A DNA stretch of 64,000 nt from Terriglobia bacterium. Its GTDB lineage: Bacteria > Acidobacteriota > Polarisedimenticolia > Polarisedimenticolales > JAIQFR01. The stretch lies in contig CAVVHE010000004.1 of NCBI GenBank assembly GCA_963748015.1, forward strand, positions 1,312,001 to 1,376,000, in the 5' to 3' direction. Below are positions 13,356 through 23,039 of this stretch, piece after piece; positions within the stretch are counted from its first letter, which is position 1; each line of letters opens with the position of its first letter. The notes beneath the pieces are model-generated. The model ran no database searches. It had not been told where the DNA came from and worked only from the letters and a program-made list of their open reading frames with translations. A program made the translations under genes and the position numbers.

Positions 13356-15455
13356 ATGAGGGTTTTCGACACCGCGGACCTTCGCAACATCGCGTTGATC
13401 GGCCACGGCGACTCGGGCAAGACCTCGCTCGCCTCGGCGATGCTCTTCGTGGCCGGGGCCGTCAACCGGTTCGGGCGGATCGAGGACGGGACGACCGTCA
13501 CCGACTTCGACGAGGAGGAGATCGAGAGGAAGATCTCCCTCCAGACCTCCCTGGCGCACCTCGAGTGGCGCGACAAGAAGGTCAACCTCCTGGACACCCC
13601 CGGCTACGCCGCGTTCGTCGCGGACGCCAAGTCCGCCCTGTCGGTGGCCGACGCCGCATTCCTCCTCGTCGAGGGGGTCGCCGGCGTCCAGGTGATCACG
13701 GAGCGCACCTTCAAGTTCGCGGCGGAGGCCGGGCTGCCGGTCGTGATGGTGGTCAACAAGCTCGACCGCGAGCGCGCGTCGTTCGAGCGGACCCTCGAGT
13801 CCATCCAAACCCGGTTCGGCAGAGCCGCCGTCCCCATCCAGATCCCGATCGGAGAGGAGCACGGATTCGAGGGAATCGTGGACCTCCTGGCGATGAAGGC
13901 CTGGACGTTCCCGAAGGACGATTCGGGGAAGGGAGCTCCGGGCGACATCCCGGCCGCGCTGGCGGAGCGCGCGAAGGAGCTTCGGGCGAAGCTGGTGGAG
14001 ATGGTGGCGGAGAGCGACGACAAGCTCATGGAGACGTTCTTCGAGACCGGCGATCTCGGCCACGACCAGCTTCGCGCCGGGCTCCGCAAGGCCATCCTCG
14101 AGCGGAAGATCTTCCCGGTGGTCGGCGCGAGCGCGACCCACGCCATCGGCGTGTCGTGCATGCTCGACCTCGCCGTGGACGTCCTGCCCGCGCCGGGAGC
14201 GCGGGGGGACGCCGTCGGCGCGAAGCCCGCTGACGGCTCCGAGGAGCGGCGGCCCGTTTCGGTCGCGCAGCCCGTGTCCGCCTTCGTCTTCAAGACGATC
14301 GCCGACCCCTACGCCGGCCGCCTCTCCCTCTTCCGCGTCTGCACGGGCGTCCTCAAGGGGGACACGCCGGTCGTCAACGTGAAGTCCGGCGTCGCCGAGC
14401 GCCTCGGCGGCGTCTCGATCCTGCAGGGAAAGCACCTGGTGCCGGTTCCCGAGCTGCGGGCCGGAGACCTCGGCGTCGTCGCGAAGCTCAAGGAGACCCG
14501 GACGGGCGACACGCTCGCCGACCCGGCGCACCCGATCCAGTACCCCGCGGTCTCGTTTCCCGCCCCGGCGATCTCGTTCGCTCTCGAGCCGAAGTCGAAG
14601 GGAGACGAGGAAAAGATCTCCACCACGCTCGCCCGTCTCATGGAAGAGGACCCCGTCCTGAGGGTGGGTCGAGACCCGCGCACCCACGAGATGCTGGTGT
14701 CCGGCAGCGGCCAGGTTCACGTCGAGGTCGCGATCGCGAAGATGAAGAAGAAGTTCGGCGTGGAGGCCCTCCTCAAGCAGCCGAAGGTGCCGTACCTCGA
14801 GACGATCAAGAGGAAGGTCGGGCCGGTGCAGGGACGCCACAAGAAGCAGACCGGCGGCCGCGGCCAGTTCGGCGACTGCTGGATCGAGCTGGAGCCCCTC
14901 CCGCGCGGCAGCGGCTTCGAGTTCGCGGACAAGATCTTCGGCGGGTCGATCCCGCAGAACTTCCGGCCGGCCGTCGAGAAGGGGATCGTGGAAGCCTGCG
15001 CCAGGGGGTGGCTGGCGGGCAACCCGGTGGTGGACTTCCGGGTGACCCTGACCGACGGGTCGTACCACACGGTGGACTCGTCGGAGATGGCGTTCAAGAT
15101 CGCGGGCTCCCTCGCCTTCAAGGCGGCGATGGAGGAGGCCAGGCCGACGATCCTCGAGCCGATCTACGCGGTGGAGATCACGGCCCCCGAGGAGTACATG
15201 GGCGACATCATGGGCGACCTGTCCTCCCGGAGAGGGAAGCCGCAGGGGATGGACTCGGAGGGTCACTACCAGGTGATTCGCGCCAGCGTGCCGCTCTCCG
15301 AGATGCTGACCTACGCCTCGACGCTCAAGTCGATCACCTCGGACCGCGGAACCTACACGATGGAGTTCGACCACTACGAGGAGGCCCCGGCGCACATCCA
15401 GGAGAAGATCATCGCCGACGCGGCGAAGGCGAAGCAGGAAGAAGCGGAGAAGTGA
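13356..15455 (+). CDS. fusA: elongation factor G paralog (EF-G II type)
   Basis: GHGDSGKT, DTPGY, NKLD, HKKQTGGRGQFG and DSSEMAFKIAG motifs; AGAGGAG RBS. Confidence 0.92.
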   Translation: MRVFDTADLRNIALIGHGDSGKTSLASAMLFVAGAVNRFGRIEDGTTVTDFDEEEIERKISLQTSLAHLEWRDKKVNLLDTPGYAAFVADAKSALSVADAAFLLVEGVAGVQVITERTFKFAAEAGLPVVMVVNKLDRERASFERTLESIQTRFGRAAVPIQIPIGEEHGFEGIVDLLAMKAWTFPKDDSGKGAPGDIPAALAERAKELRAKLVEMVAESDDKLMETFFETGDLGHDQLRAGLRKAILERKIFPVVGASATHAIGVSCMLDLAVDVLPAPGARGDAVGAKPADGSEERRPVSVAQPVSAFVFKTIADPYAGRLSLFRVCTGVLKGDTPVVNVKSGVAERLGGVSILQGKHLVPVPELRAGDLGVVAKLKETRTGDTLADPAHPIQYPAVSFPAPAISFALEPKSKGDEEKISTTLARLMEEDPVLRVGRDPRTHEMLVSGSGQVHVEVAIAKMKKKFGVEALLKQPKVPYLETIKRKVGPVQGRHKKQTGGRGQFGDCWIELEPLPRGSGFEFADKIFGGSIPQNFRPAVEKGIVEACARGWLAGNPVVDFRVTLTDGSYHTVDSSEMAFKIAGSLAFKAAMEEARPTILEPIYAVEITAPEEYMGDIMGDLSSRRGKPQGMDSEGHYQVIRASVPLSEMLTYASTLKSITSDRGTYTMEFDHYEEAPAHIQEKIIADAAKAKQEEAEK

Positions 15456-15462
15456 GCCGCAC

Positions 15463-16791
15463 GTGGCGCGCGACTTCGTCTACATAGAGGAGCTCGAGGC
15501 CCACGCCGGCGCGCGGGTCAGCCTGAACGGCTGGCTCTACCAGAAGCGGTCGTCCGGCAAGCTGAAGTTCCTGGTCCTGAGGGACGGAACGGGCTACCTC
15601 CAGTGCGTCGCCTTCGCGCGGGACGTCGAGCCAGCGCTGTTCGACCGCTGCGACCGCGTTCCCCTCGAATCCTCCATCCGCGTGACCGGCACGGTCCGCC
15701 GGGACGAGCGCGCCCCCGGGGGGTTCGAGCTGGGACTCGAGGACCTGGTGGTCCTGCACGAGGCCGCCGACTACCCGATCCAGCCCAAGGAGCACGGCGT
15801 CGACTTCCTCTTCGACAACCGGCATCTCTATCTCCGCTCGCGGACGCCTCTCGCGGTCCTCAAGGTGCGGCACGAGGTGATCCAGGCCTGCCGGGACTTC
15901 TTCTACGAGCGGGGGTTCGTCCTGATCGACTCCCCCGTCCTGACGCCGGCGGCCTGCGAGGGGACCACGACCCTGTTCGAGACCGACTACTTCGGGCGAT
16001 CCGCGTACCTGACGCAGTCGGGACAGCTCTACGTCGAGCCGGCCTGCATGGCGTTCGGGCGGGTCTACTGCTTCGGCCCGACCTTCCGCGCCGAGAAGTC
16101 CAAGACGCGCCGCCACCTGACCGAGTTCTGGATGATCGAGCCGGAGGTGGCGTTCCTGGAGCTTCCCGGCCTGCTCGAGCTGGCCGAGGAGTTCGTCTCG
16201 TACGTGGTCGGGCGCGCGATCGAGCGCTGCCCCGAGGAGCTGAAGTTCCTCGAGCGCGACGTGTCGAAGCTCGAGAAGACCGCGCCGCCGTTCCCCAGGA
16301 TCACCTACGACGAGGCTTCCGCGATCCTCACGCGCCCCGAGGCGCAGGCCAGGATGAAGGAGGCGGGCGCCCCGGCGTTCGCCCACGGGAACGACCTCGG
16401 CGCGCTCGACGAGACGATTCTCACCGAGTCGTTCGACCGCCCGGTGATGGTCACCCACTGGCCCGCCGCGATCAAGGCGTTCTACATGCAGCCCGACCCG
16501 GCCGATCCCGCGCGCGCGCTGTGCGTGGACGTCCTGGCTCCCGAGGGCTACGGCGAGATCATCGGCGGCTCCCAGCGCATCCACGACCACGACCTGCTCC
16601 TCTCGCGGATCCGGGAGCACGGCCTCCCCGTCGAGGCGTTCCAGTGGTACCTCGACATCCGGAAGTACGGGACGGTGCCGCACTCCGGCTTCGGGATGGG
16701 GATCGAGCGCTGCGTCGGCTGGATCTGCGGTATTCCCCACCTCCGGGAAGCGATCCCGTACCCCCGCCAGATCCACCGGCTCTACCCGTGA
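15463..16791 (+). CDS. asnS: asparagine--tRNA ligase
   Basis: LTQSGQLY, PTFRAEKSKTRRHLTEFWM, GEIIGGSQR and PHSGFGMGIER motifs. Confidence 0.96.
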   Translation: MARDFVYIEELEAHAGARVSLNGWLYQKRSSGKLKFLVLRDGTGYLQCVAFARDVEPALFDRCDRVPLESSIRVTGTVRRDERAPGGFELGLEDLVVLHEAADYPIQPKEHGVDFLFDNRHLYLRSRTPLAVLKVRHEVIQACRDFFYERGFVLIDSPVLTPAACEGTTTLFETDYFGRSAYLTQSGQLYVEPACMAFGRVYCFGPTFRAEKSKTRRHLTEFWMIEPEVAFLELPGLLELAEEFVSYVVGRAIERCPEELKFLERDVSKLEKTAPPFPRITYDEASAILTRPEAQARMKEAGAPAFAHGNDLGALDETILTESFDRPVMVTHWPAAIKAFYMQPDPADPARALCVDVLAPEGYGEIIGGSQRIHDHDLLLSRIREHGLPVEAFQWYLDIRKYGTVPHSGFGMGIERCVGWICGIPHLREAIPYPRQIHRLYP

Positions 16792-18155
16792 GTCCCCCGC
16801 CGGCCGGCGAGGGCCGGGTCCGCGTCGGGTTCGTCAGCCTCGGGTGCGCCAAGAACCTCGTGGACACCGAGGTGATGCTCGGCCACCTCGACCGCGCCGG
16901 GGCCGCGTTCGTGCAGGACCCCGCCGAGGCCGACGTCCTGGTCGTCAACACCTGCGGGTTCATCGAGGCCGCGCGCGAGGAGTCGATCCAGGCCATCCTC
17001 GAGGCCGCCGAGCAGAAGACCGCGGGGCGGCTGAAGCGGCTCGTCGTCGCGGGCTGCCTGGTGCAGCGATTCCCGGGCGAGATGAGAGCGAATCTCCCCG
17101 AGGTGGACGAGTGGATCGGGCTCGACGAGCTCCCGCGGGTGGTCGAGGCGGTGGCCCTCGAGCGCCGGGGCTCGCCGGCCCTCCCGGTCGTCGCCGCCCC
17201 GTCCACGTACCTCTACGACCACGGCACGCCGCGTCGTCTCGCCACGGCGCCGTGGACCGCGTTCGTGAAGATCGCCGAGGGGTGCGATCACACCTGCTCC
17301 TTCTGCGCGATCCCCTCCTTCCGCGGAGCGTTCCGCTCCCGGCCCGTCGAGGACGTCGTGATCGAAGCGGCGGCGCTCGCGAGGTCGGGCGTCCGCGAGA
17401 TCAACCTGATCTCCCAGGACACGAGCGACTACGGCCGCGATCTCGGGGTCCGAGACGCCCTCGTCCGGCTGCTCGAATCGCTCGACGCGGTACCGGATCT
17501 TCGCTGGATCCGGGTTCACTACCTCTACCCGAACAGCGTGACCCCCGGGCTGGTGGAGGCGATGGCCCGCCTTCCGAAGGTCCTGGAGTACGTGGACATC
17601 CCGCTCCAGCACGGGCATCCCGAGGTGCTCCGCAGGATGCGCCGGGGCGGGAACGCGGAGGGGCACCTCTCGCTCCTGTCCCGGTTCCGCGAGGCGATGC
17701 CCGAGGTCGCGATCCGGACCACCTTCATCGTCGGCTTTCCCGGGGAGACCGAGGAGGAGTTCCGCTCCCTGCTCGACTTCGCGGGCGAGGCGAGCTTCGA
17801 TCACCTGGGGGTCTTCGCCTACTCGCACGAGGAGGGAACGAGGGCGTTCGCGCTCGAGGACGACGTCCCCGCGGAGGTGAAGGAGGAGCGCCGAGAGCGC
17901 CTCATGGAGCTGCAGCAGGGCATCGCGTTCCGCCGGAACGAGCGGCTCGTCGGCCGGACCTTCGAGGTTCTCATGGAGGGTGCGCACCCGGAGACCGAGC
18001 ACCTCCTCGTCGGCCGCACGCGCGGGCAGGCTATCGAGGTGGACGGGCAGGTGCTGGTGAACGACGGCGTCGCGCCCGCCGGGTCGTTCGCGAGCGTCGA
18101 GATCACCGACACCGCCGGATACGACCTCGTCGGGAGGATCGTCGGTGGCGCCTGA
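16788..18155 (+). CDS. rimO: ribosomal protein S12 methylthiotransferase
   Basis: SLGCAKNLVD, NTCGFI, CDHTCSFC radical SAM motif and EVDG TRAM domain; GTGA overlap. Confidence 0.95.
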   Translation: MSPPPAGEGRVRVGFVSLGCAKNLVDTEVMLGHLDRAGAAFVQDPAEADVLVVNTCGFIEAAREESIQAILEAAEQKTAGRLKRLVVAGCLVQRFPGEMRANLPEVDEWIGLDELPRVVEAVALERRGSPALPVVAAPSTYLYDHGTPRRLATAPWTAFVKIAEGCDHTCSFCAIPSFRGAFRSRPVEDVVIEAAALARSGVREINLISQDTSDYGRDLGVRDALVRLLESLDAVPDLRWIRVHYLYPNSVTPGLVEAMARLPKVLEYVDIPLQHGHPEVLRRMRRGGNAEGHLSLLSRFREAMPEVAIRTTFIVGFPGETEEEFRSLLDFAGEASFDHLGVFAYSHEEGTRAFALEDDVPAEVKEERRERLMELQQGIAFRRNERLVGRTFEVLMEGAHPETEHLLVGRTRGQAIEVDGQVLVNDGVAPAGSFASVEITDTAGYDLVGRIVGGA

Positions 18156-18648
18156 GGACGGCGGGAAAGCGGCGAGACCGGGCCGGCTGGCGCTGGCCGT
18201 CGCGACCTGCTTCGGCGTCGGCCGCGCCCCGATCGCCCCCGGCACGGCCGGTTCCGTTCCGGGCGTCGTCCTGGCCTTCGGGCTGGCCTCCGCCGCGGGA
18301 CCGTGGGCCGTCGCCGCGGGTCTCGTTGCGGTTGCGGCCGTGGGAACCTGGGCGGCGGACGTCGCGTCGCGCCGGCTCGGTCATTCCGATCCCCGCCCCG
18401 TCGTCGTGGACGAGGTGGCGGGGCAGATGCTCACGCTCCTGTTCCTCCCCCCGACCTGGCAGGTGCTGGTCCTGGGCTTCCTCTTGTTCCGCGTCTTCGA
18501 TATCCTCAAGCCGTTCCCGGTGGGCGCGCTGGAGCGTTTGCCTGGGGGGGCGGGAATCATGGCCGACGACCTCGCGGCGGGAATCTACGGCAACCTCCTG
18601 CTGCAGGCGGCGGTCCGATTCGCCCCGCAATTGATGGGAACCGCATGA
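18145..18648 (+). CDS. pgpA: phosphatidylglycerophosphatase A
   Basis: APGTAGS, VVDEVAGQ, FRVFDILKP and GIMADDLAAG motifs. Confidence 0.93.
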   Translation: MAPEDGGKAARPGRLALAVATCFGVGRAPIAPGTAGSVPGVVLAFGLASAAGPWAVAAGLVAVAAVGTWAADVASRRLGHSDPRPVVVDEVAGQMLTLLFLPPTWQVLVLGFLLFRVFDILKPFPVGALERLPGGAGIMADDLAAGIYGNLLLQAAVRFAPQLMGTA

Positions 18649-19586
18649 TCGTCTGGAACGGGATGGACCGGTACCCGAGCGACGCCGCGCCGGTCGTGTC
18701 GACGATCGGCAACTACGACGGCGTGCACCTCGGCCACCGGGCGATCCTGAGGAGCGCCACCGCCGCCGCGAAGCGTCGCGGAATCCAGTCGCTCCTCGTG
18801 ACGTTCGATCCGCACCCGCTCTCCGTGGTCGCGCCGTCGCGCCGCCCACGCCTCCTCGACACGCGCCGGCAGAAGCTCGACACGCTGGCCGAGTGCGGGA
18901 TCGACGGCGTGCTGATCCTGCGTTTCGACCCGACCCTGGCGGCGATGTCCGCCGAGGAGTTCTTCGAGACGTTCCTCAAGGGCCGGGTCACTCCGGCGGA
19001 GATCCACGTCGGCGTGAACTTCCGCTTCGGTCACGATCGCGCCGGGGACGCGGACCTCCTCTGCCGCATCGGCTCCGAGATGGGCTTCGACGTGGTGGGG
19101 ATCCCGCAGGTCGAGGTCGGCGGCGAGATCGTCTCCTCGTCCGCCATCCGCCGCCTCGTCGAGGAAGGAAGCGTCGAGCGCGCCGCTCGGATGCTCGGCC
19201 GTCCGTTCGCGCTCACGGGAGAGGTCGTCTCGGGGGACGGGCGAGGACGCTCGCTGGATTTCCCCACCGCGAATCTCGAGGCGGAGAACGAGATGATCCC
19301 GCGCCGCGGCGTCTACATCACCGAGACCTCGGTGCTCTCCCTGAGGAACCCCTCGATCACCAACATCGGCGTCCGCCCGACCTTCGGCGGAGAAACGCAG
19401 GTGATCGAGACCCACCTCGTCGATTTCGACGAGGAGATTCTCGGCGAGCGGATCGACGTCCGGTTCCTCGCCCGTCTCCGCGACGAAACGCGGTTCGCGA
19501 GCCCCGACGAGCTGGCCGACCAGATCGCGCGCGACCGCGCGGCCGCCGTCTCGTACTTCCAGAGCGGCGAAGTCATCAGGCCATGA
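18645..19586 (+). CDS. ribF: bifunctional riboflavin kinase/FAD synthetase
   Basis: GNYDGVHLGH, SSSAIR, FPTAN, NIGVRPTF and ETH motifs. Confidence 0.95.
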   Translation: MIVWNGMDRYPSDAAPVVSTIGNYDGVHLGHRAILRSATAAAKRRGIQSLLVTFDPHPLSVVAPSRRPRLLDTRRQKLDTLAECGIDGVLILRFDPTLAAMSAEEFFETFLKGRVTPAEIHVGVNFRFGHDRAGDADLLCRIGSEMGFDVVGIPQVEVGGEIVSSSAIRRLVEEGSVERAARMLGRPFALTGEVVSGDGRGRSLDFPTANLEAENEMIPRRGVYITETSVLSLRNPSITNIGVRPTFGGETQVIETHLVDFDEEILGERIDVRFLARLRDETRFASPDELADQIARDRAAAVSYFQSGEVIRP

Positions 19587-20281
19587 GCCCCGCTGCCGGC
19601 CTTCCCGGCGCGGCGGATCCCGCGGGAGTGTTCGTCTCGTTCGAGGGCGTCGAGGGCTCGGGGAAGAGCTCGCAGATCGCGAGGATCGCGAGGCGCCTCG
19701 CGTCCTCCGGCCGCGAGGTGGTGGCGACGCGCGAGCCCGGCGGAACCGCTCTGGGCCAGCGCCTTCGCGCGGTGCTCCTCGCGGCGGGCGGAGCGCCGAT
19801 CGGGCCCCGCGTCGAGCTCCTGCTCTACGCCGCCGACCGCGCCCAGCACGTGACCGAGGTGATCGCGCCCGCGCTGCGCCGCGGCGCCGTCGTCCTCTGC
19901 GACCGCTACCTCGACGCGACGATCGCCTACCAGGGATACGGGCGCGGGCTCGGCGCCGAGGCCGTTCTCTCGCTCCACCGCGAGACGCCCCTCGATCTCA
20001 GGCCGAGCAGGACCGTGCTCCTCGACCTCGATCCGGCCGCGGGCCTCGCCCGCGCGAGAGCGCGCAACGAGGCCCAGGGAACGGCCGCCGCCGAGGGGAG
20101 ATTCGAGGCCGAGGACCTCGCGTTCCACCGCTCGGTCCGCGACGGCTACCTAGCGCTCGCCGCGGCGGAGCCGGACCGGATCCGGGTCGTGAGCGCCGAG
20201 GGGCCGGAGGAGATCGTCGAGGCGCGGGTCCGGGAGGCGCTCCGCGACCTGCTGCCCTCGCTCGGGGAGCCCGGGCCGTGA
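19583..20281 (+). CDS. tmk: thymidylate kinase
   Basis: FEGVEGSGKS, REPGGT, ADRAQH and DRY..ATIAYQGYGRG motifs. Confidence 0.95.
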   Translation: MSPAAGLPGAADPAGVFVSFEGVEGSGKSSQIARIARRLASSGREVVATREPGGTALGQRLRAVLLAAGGAPIGPRVELLLYAADRAQHVTEVIAPALRRGAVVLCDRYLDATIAYQGYGRGLGAEAVLSLHRETPLDLRPSRTVLLDLDPAAGLARARARNEAQGTAAAEGRFEAEDLAFHRSVRDGYLALAAAEPDRIRVVSAEGPEEIVEARVREALRDLLPSLGEPGP

Positions 20282-21351
20282 CGTTCCGCGACATCCTGGG
20301 GCAGCGCCCCGCGATCGACCTCCTCGAGCGCATCATCGTCTCGGGACGCCTCCCCCACGCGCTCCTGTTCCAGGGGCCGTCGGGAATCGGCAAGGCCGCG
20401 ACCGCGCGCGCCCTCGCCGCGACGGTCCAGTGCGCCGAGGAAGGACCCGACGCGTGCGGGAAGTGCCTCCCCTGCCTCAAGGCGGCTCAGGGCAACCACC
20501 CCGACTTCCTCTGGATCACCCGGCTGCCGAAAAAGGAGTCCGCGCGCGAGGAAGAGCCCGACGACGACGGCGACGATGACGCGGGGAGCGCGACCGGCGA
20601 TCTCAAGCGCGACATCACGATCGAGCAGATTCGCGACCTGGCGGAGCACGCGTCCTTCGGCCCCCGCGAGGGAAAGCGCCGCGTGTTCGTGATCGATCCG
20701 GCCGACCGGATGAACCTGAGCGCGCAGAACGCACTCCTCAAGACCCTGGAGGAGCCGCCCGGCCGCTCGGTGCTGGTCCTCGTGACGGCCCGCCCCCACG
20801 TGCTCCTGCCGACCGTCCGCTCGCGCTGCTTCGTCGTGCGCTTCGCCACGATGGCCACGTCCGATCTCGCCGCGGCGCTCGAAGCGCGCGGCATGCCCCG
20901 CGCGGAGGCCCTCGCGCGCGCCGCCCTCTCCGACGGGCGCCCCCGACTCGCCGAGTCGCTCGATCTCGACGCCCGCCGCGCGCGCCGCGAGGAGATCCTC
21001 TCCGCCCTCGAGACGGCGGCTGCCGGAGGGAAGGGGCTCGTGCGGCTTCCCGCCCTCGCGGCCAAGCTCGCCGGCCGCGACGAGGAGTCGCTCGTCGAGG
21101 GACTCGATCTCGCCACCGCGCTGCTCCGCGACGCGCAGCGGGCCTCGCTCGGCCTGCCCGCCGGCTCGCTCGTCCACGCCGACCTCTACGACCGGCTCGC
21201 GGCCCTCGGTCGCGGAATCGAGCCGCGGCGCGCCTCCGACGTGATCCGTTTCGCCGATCGCGCCCGCGACGACCTGCGCTTCAGCCTCAACAAGACCCTG
21301 ATCGCCGAGTCCCTGCTCGCCGCGATCGCCGGCGCACCGATCCCGTACTGA
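20278..21351 (+). CDS. holB: DNA polymerase III subunit delta'
   Basis: HALLFQGPSGIGK, CGKCLPC..HPD, AQNALLKTLEEP and LPTVRSRC motifs. Confidence 0.93.
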   Translation: MTFRDILGQRPAIDLLERIIVSGRLPHALLFQGPSGIGKAATARALAATVQCAEEGPDACGKCLPCLKAAQGNHPDFLWITRLPKKESAREEEPDDDGDDDAGSATGDLKRDITIEQIRDLAEHASFGPREGKRRVFVIDPADRMNLSAQNALLKTLEEPPGRSVLVLVTARPHVLLPTVRSRCFVVRFATMATSDLAAALEARGMPRAEALARAALSDGRPRLAESLDLDARRARREEILSALETAAAGGKGLVRLPALAAKLAGRDEESLVEGLDLATALLRDAQRASLGLPAGSLVHADLYDRLAALGRGIEPRRASDVIRFADRARDDLRFSLNKTLIAESLLAAIAGAPIPY

Positions 21352-21365
21352 CGCCGGGCGGTCCG

Positions 21366-21527
21366 CCCACCGCGGGGCCGGAGGCAGGAAGCGTTCCTCG
21401 CCGGCCCGGAAAAGGCCGGCTGCGGACGTTCTCGCCTTGGGATGAAGCAGCCGCCTCCCGCGCCCCACCGCGGGGCCCGAGGCCGGAAGCGTTCCTCGCC
21501 GGCCCGGAAAAGGGCCGGCTGCGGACG
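21366..21527. repeat. two ~63-bp direct repeats (98-bp period) containing internal palindromes, REP-like
   Basis: Copies at 21366-21428 and 21464-21527 share CCCACCGCGGGGCCnGAGGCnGGAAGCGTTCCTCGCCGGCCCGGAAAAGG(G)CCGGCTGCGGACG. Confidence 0.85.
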
Positions 21528-21594
21528 CTCCCGGCCTCGGGCCCCTCTCGCTTGTAGCCGAGCGAGGGCGAGCGGTTGACCTGCCCGAGACGGA

Positions 21595-23010
21595 TCAAGG
21601 CACGCGGTGCAATTCGGCGACCGCTTCGACGCTCGCCGTCTGCGGGAACAGGTCCACGGGGACGACGCGGCGGATCGCGTAGCCGCGGTCCACGAAGCGG
21701 CGCAGGTCCCGGCCGAGGGTCGGGGCGTCGCAGGAAACGAGGATGATTCGCGGCGACGCGAGCGCGACGATCGCGTCGGCGACGCCGGGGCCGAGGCCGG
21801 TGCGCGGCGGATCGGCCACCACGAGATCGGGCGGCCTGAGCGGGTCGGCCGGGGACCGGAGATAGGCGGCCACGTCGGAGGCGGCGAATTCGACCCCTTC
21901 GATCCCACCGGCCGCGACGGCCGCGCGGCCGCACTCGACTGCGCCGCGGTCCGCTTCGACGACCGTCGCCCGGGCGCCTTCGCGGGCAAGCGCGATGGCG
22001 AAGACGCCGACGCCGCCGTAGAGGTCGAGGACCCGGTTCGGGGAGGGAGTTGCCGCGGCGCCCATCACGACCTGCGCCAACCGCTCCGCTGCGCCGGTGT
22101 TGACCTGGAAGAACGTGGCCGCGGGTAGCCGGAACAGAGTCCCCGCGAGGGCCTCCTCGATCCACGGATCGCCTGCCAGCGTCTCCGTGGCGCTGCCTCC
22201 GCGGCGCCCCGGGCGCGCGAAGAGGCGGACGACACCGCCGACCTCGGGATGCCGGGACATGAGGTGTCGCGCGAACGGCACCGCCGACGGGAGCGGGCCG
22301 GGCCCGGTCCTCAACGCGACGAGGATCTTGCCGGTCGCCCTCGACTCCCTGATCACGACCCGTGGCGGATCCCCGCGATCGTCCAGGGCCGTCTCGCCCC
22401 GGCCCGGCCCGTGCAGGAAGAACTCGCGGGTCGATTCCAGAACCCGCCTCCCTCCCTCACCCTGCAGCAGGCACCTCTCGACGTCCACGATCCGGCCGCC
22501 CGACCCGGAGGGGTGGAAACCGAGCACCCTCCCATCCCCTTCCCGCCCGAAGGTCAGCTCCACCTTGTTCCGGTAGCCCAGATCGAGGTCCGAGGGAGCG
22601 GTTTCGCCGACCTCGACACCGCTCAGTTTCCCCACCCGCTCGATCGCCTCGACCACCAGCCGGCGCTTCCAGTCGCGCTGCTCTGCCTCGTCCAGGGTCA
22701 TCCACGGACACCCTCCGCAGGCTCCCTGGACGGGGCAAGGCGGGGGCCGGCGCGACGGAGAGCCCTCGAGCCGTTCGGTGACCCGGGCCTCGACGTGGCC
22801 CCGCCCCACCCGCTCCGCCTCCGCCCGGACGAGGTCGCCCGGCAGGGCCCCCTCGACCAGCCAGACGCGCCCGTCCACCCGGCCGATCCCCCGCCCTCCC
22901 GCCACGAGAGCCTCGATTCGAAGCTCGGCCCGAAGCGGCCCGGGAGAGACCGCTACATACTGGGCCTTTGGCGTTCGCCGGTCCAAGCTGTTGTATTTTT
23001 TGCTTGACAT
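21595..23010 (-). CDS. rlmD: 23S rRNA (uracil-C5)-methyltransferase RlmD/TrmA family
   Basis: TRAM domain, CPVQGACGGC, YRNK, FFQVN, DLYGGVG, DPPRTGL, VSC and DLFPQT motifs; the exact start is uncertain. Confidence 0.9.
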   Translation of the reverse strand: MSSKKYNSLDRRTPKAQYVAVSPGPLRAELRIEALVAGGRGIGRVDGRVWLVEGALPGDLVRAEAERVGRGHVEARVTERLEGSPSRRPPPCPVQGACGGCPWMTLDEAEQRDWKRRLVVEAIERVGKLSGVEVGETAPSDLDLGYRNKVELTFGREGDGRVLGFHPSGSGGRIVDVERCLLQGEGGRRVLESTREFFLHGPGRGETALDDRGDPPRVVIRESRATGKILVALRTGPGPLPSAVPFARHLMSRHPEVGGVVRLFARPGRRGGSATETLAGDPWIEEALAGTLFRLPAATFFQVNTGAAERLAQVVMGAAATPSPNRVLDLYGGVGVFAIALAREGARATVVEADRGAVECGRAAVAAGGIEGVEFAASDVAAYLRSPADPLRPPDLVVADPPRTGLGPGVADAIVALASPRIILVSCDAPTLGRDLRRFVDRGYAIRRVVPVDLFPQTASVEAVAELHRVP

Positions 23011-23033
23011 CGGTTGTCACCTCGGGGTAGGGT
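23004..23033 (+). promoter_or_regulatory. sigma70-like promoter (TTGACA-18-TAGGGT) with upstream T-tract
   Basis: Perfect -35 preceded by TTGTATTTTTT. Caveat: TTGACAT is also the reverse complement of the putative rlmD ATG-TCA-A start. Confidence 0.5.
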
Positions 23034-23039
23034 CACCGC

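Noticed and set aside
21366..21527. CRISPR interpretation of the direct repeats
   Set aside because: Only two units of ~63 bp, with no leader and no cas genes.
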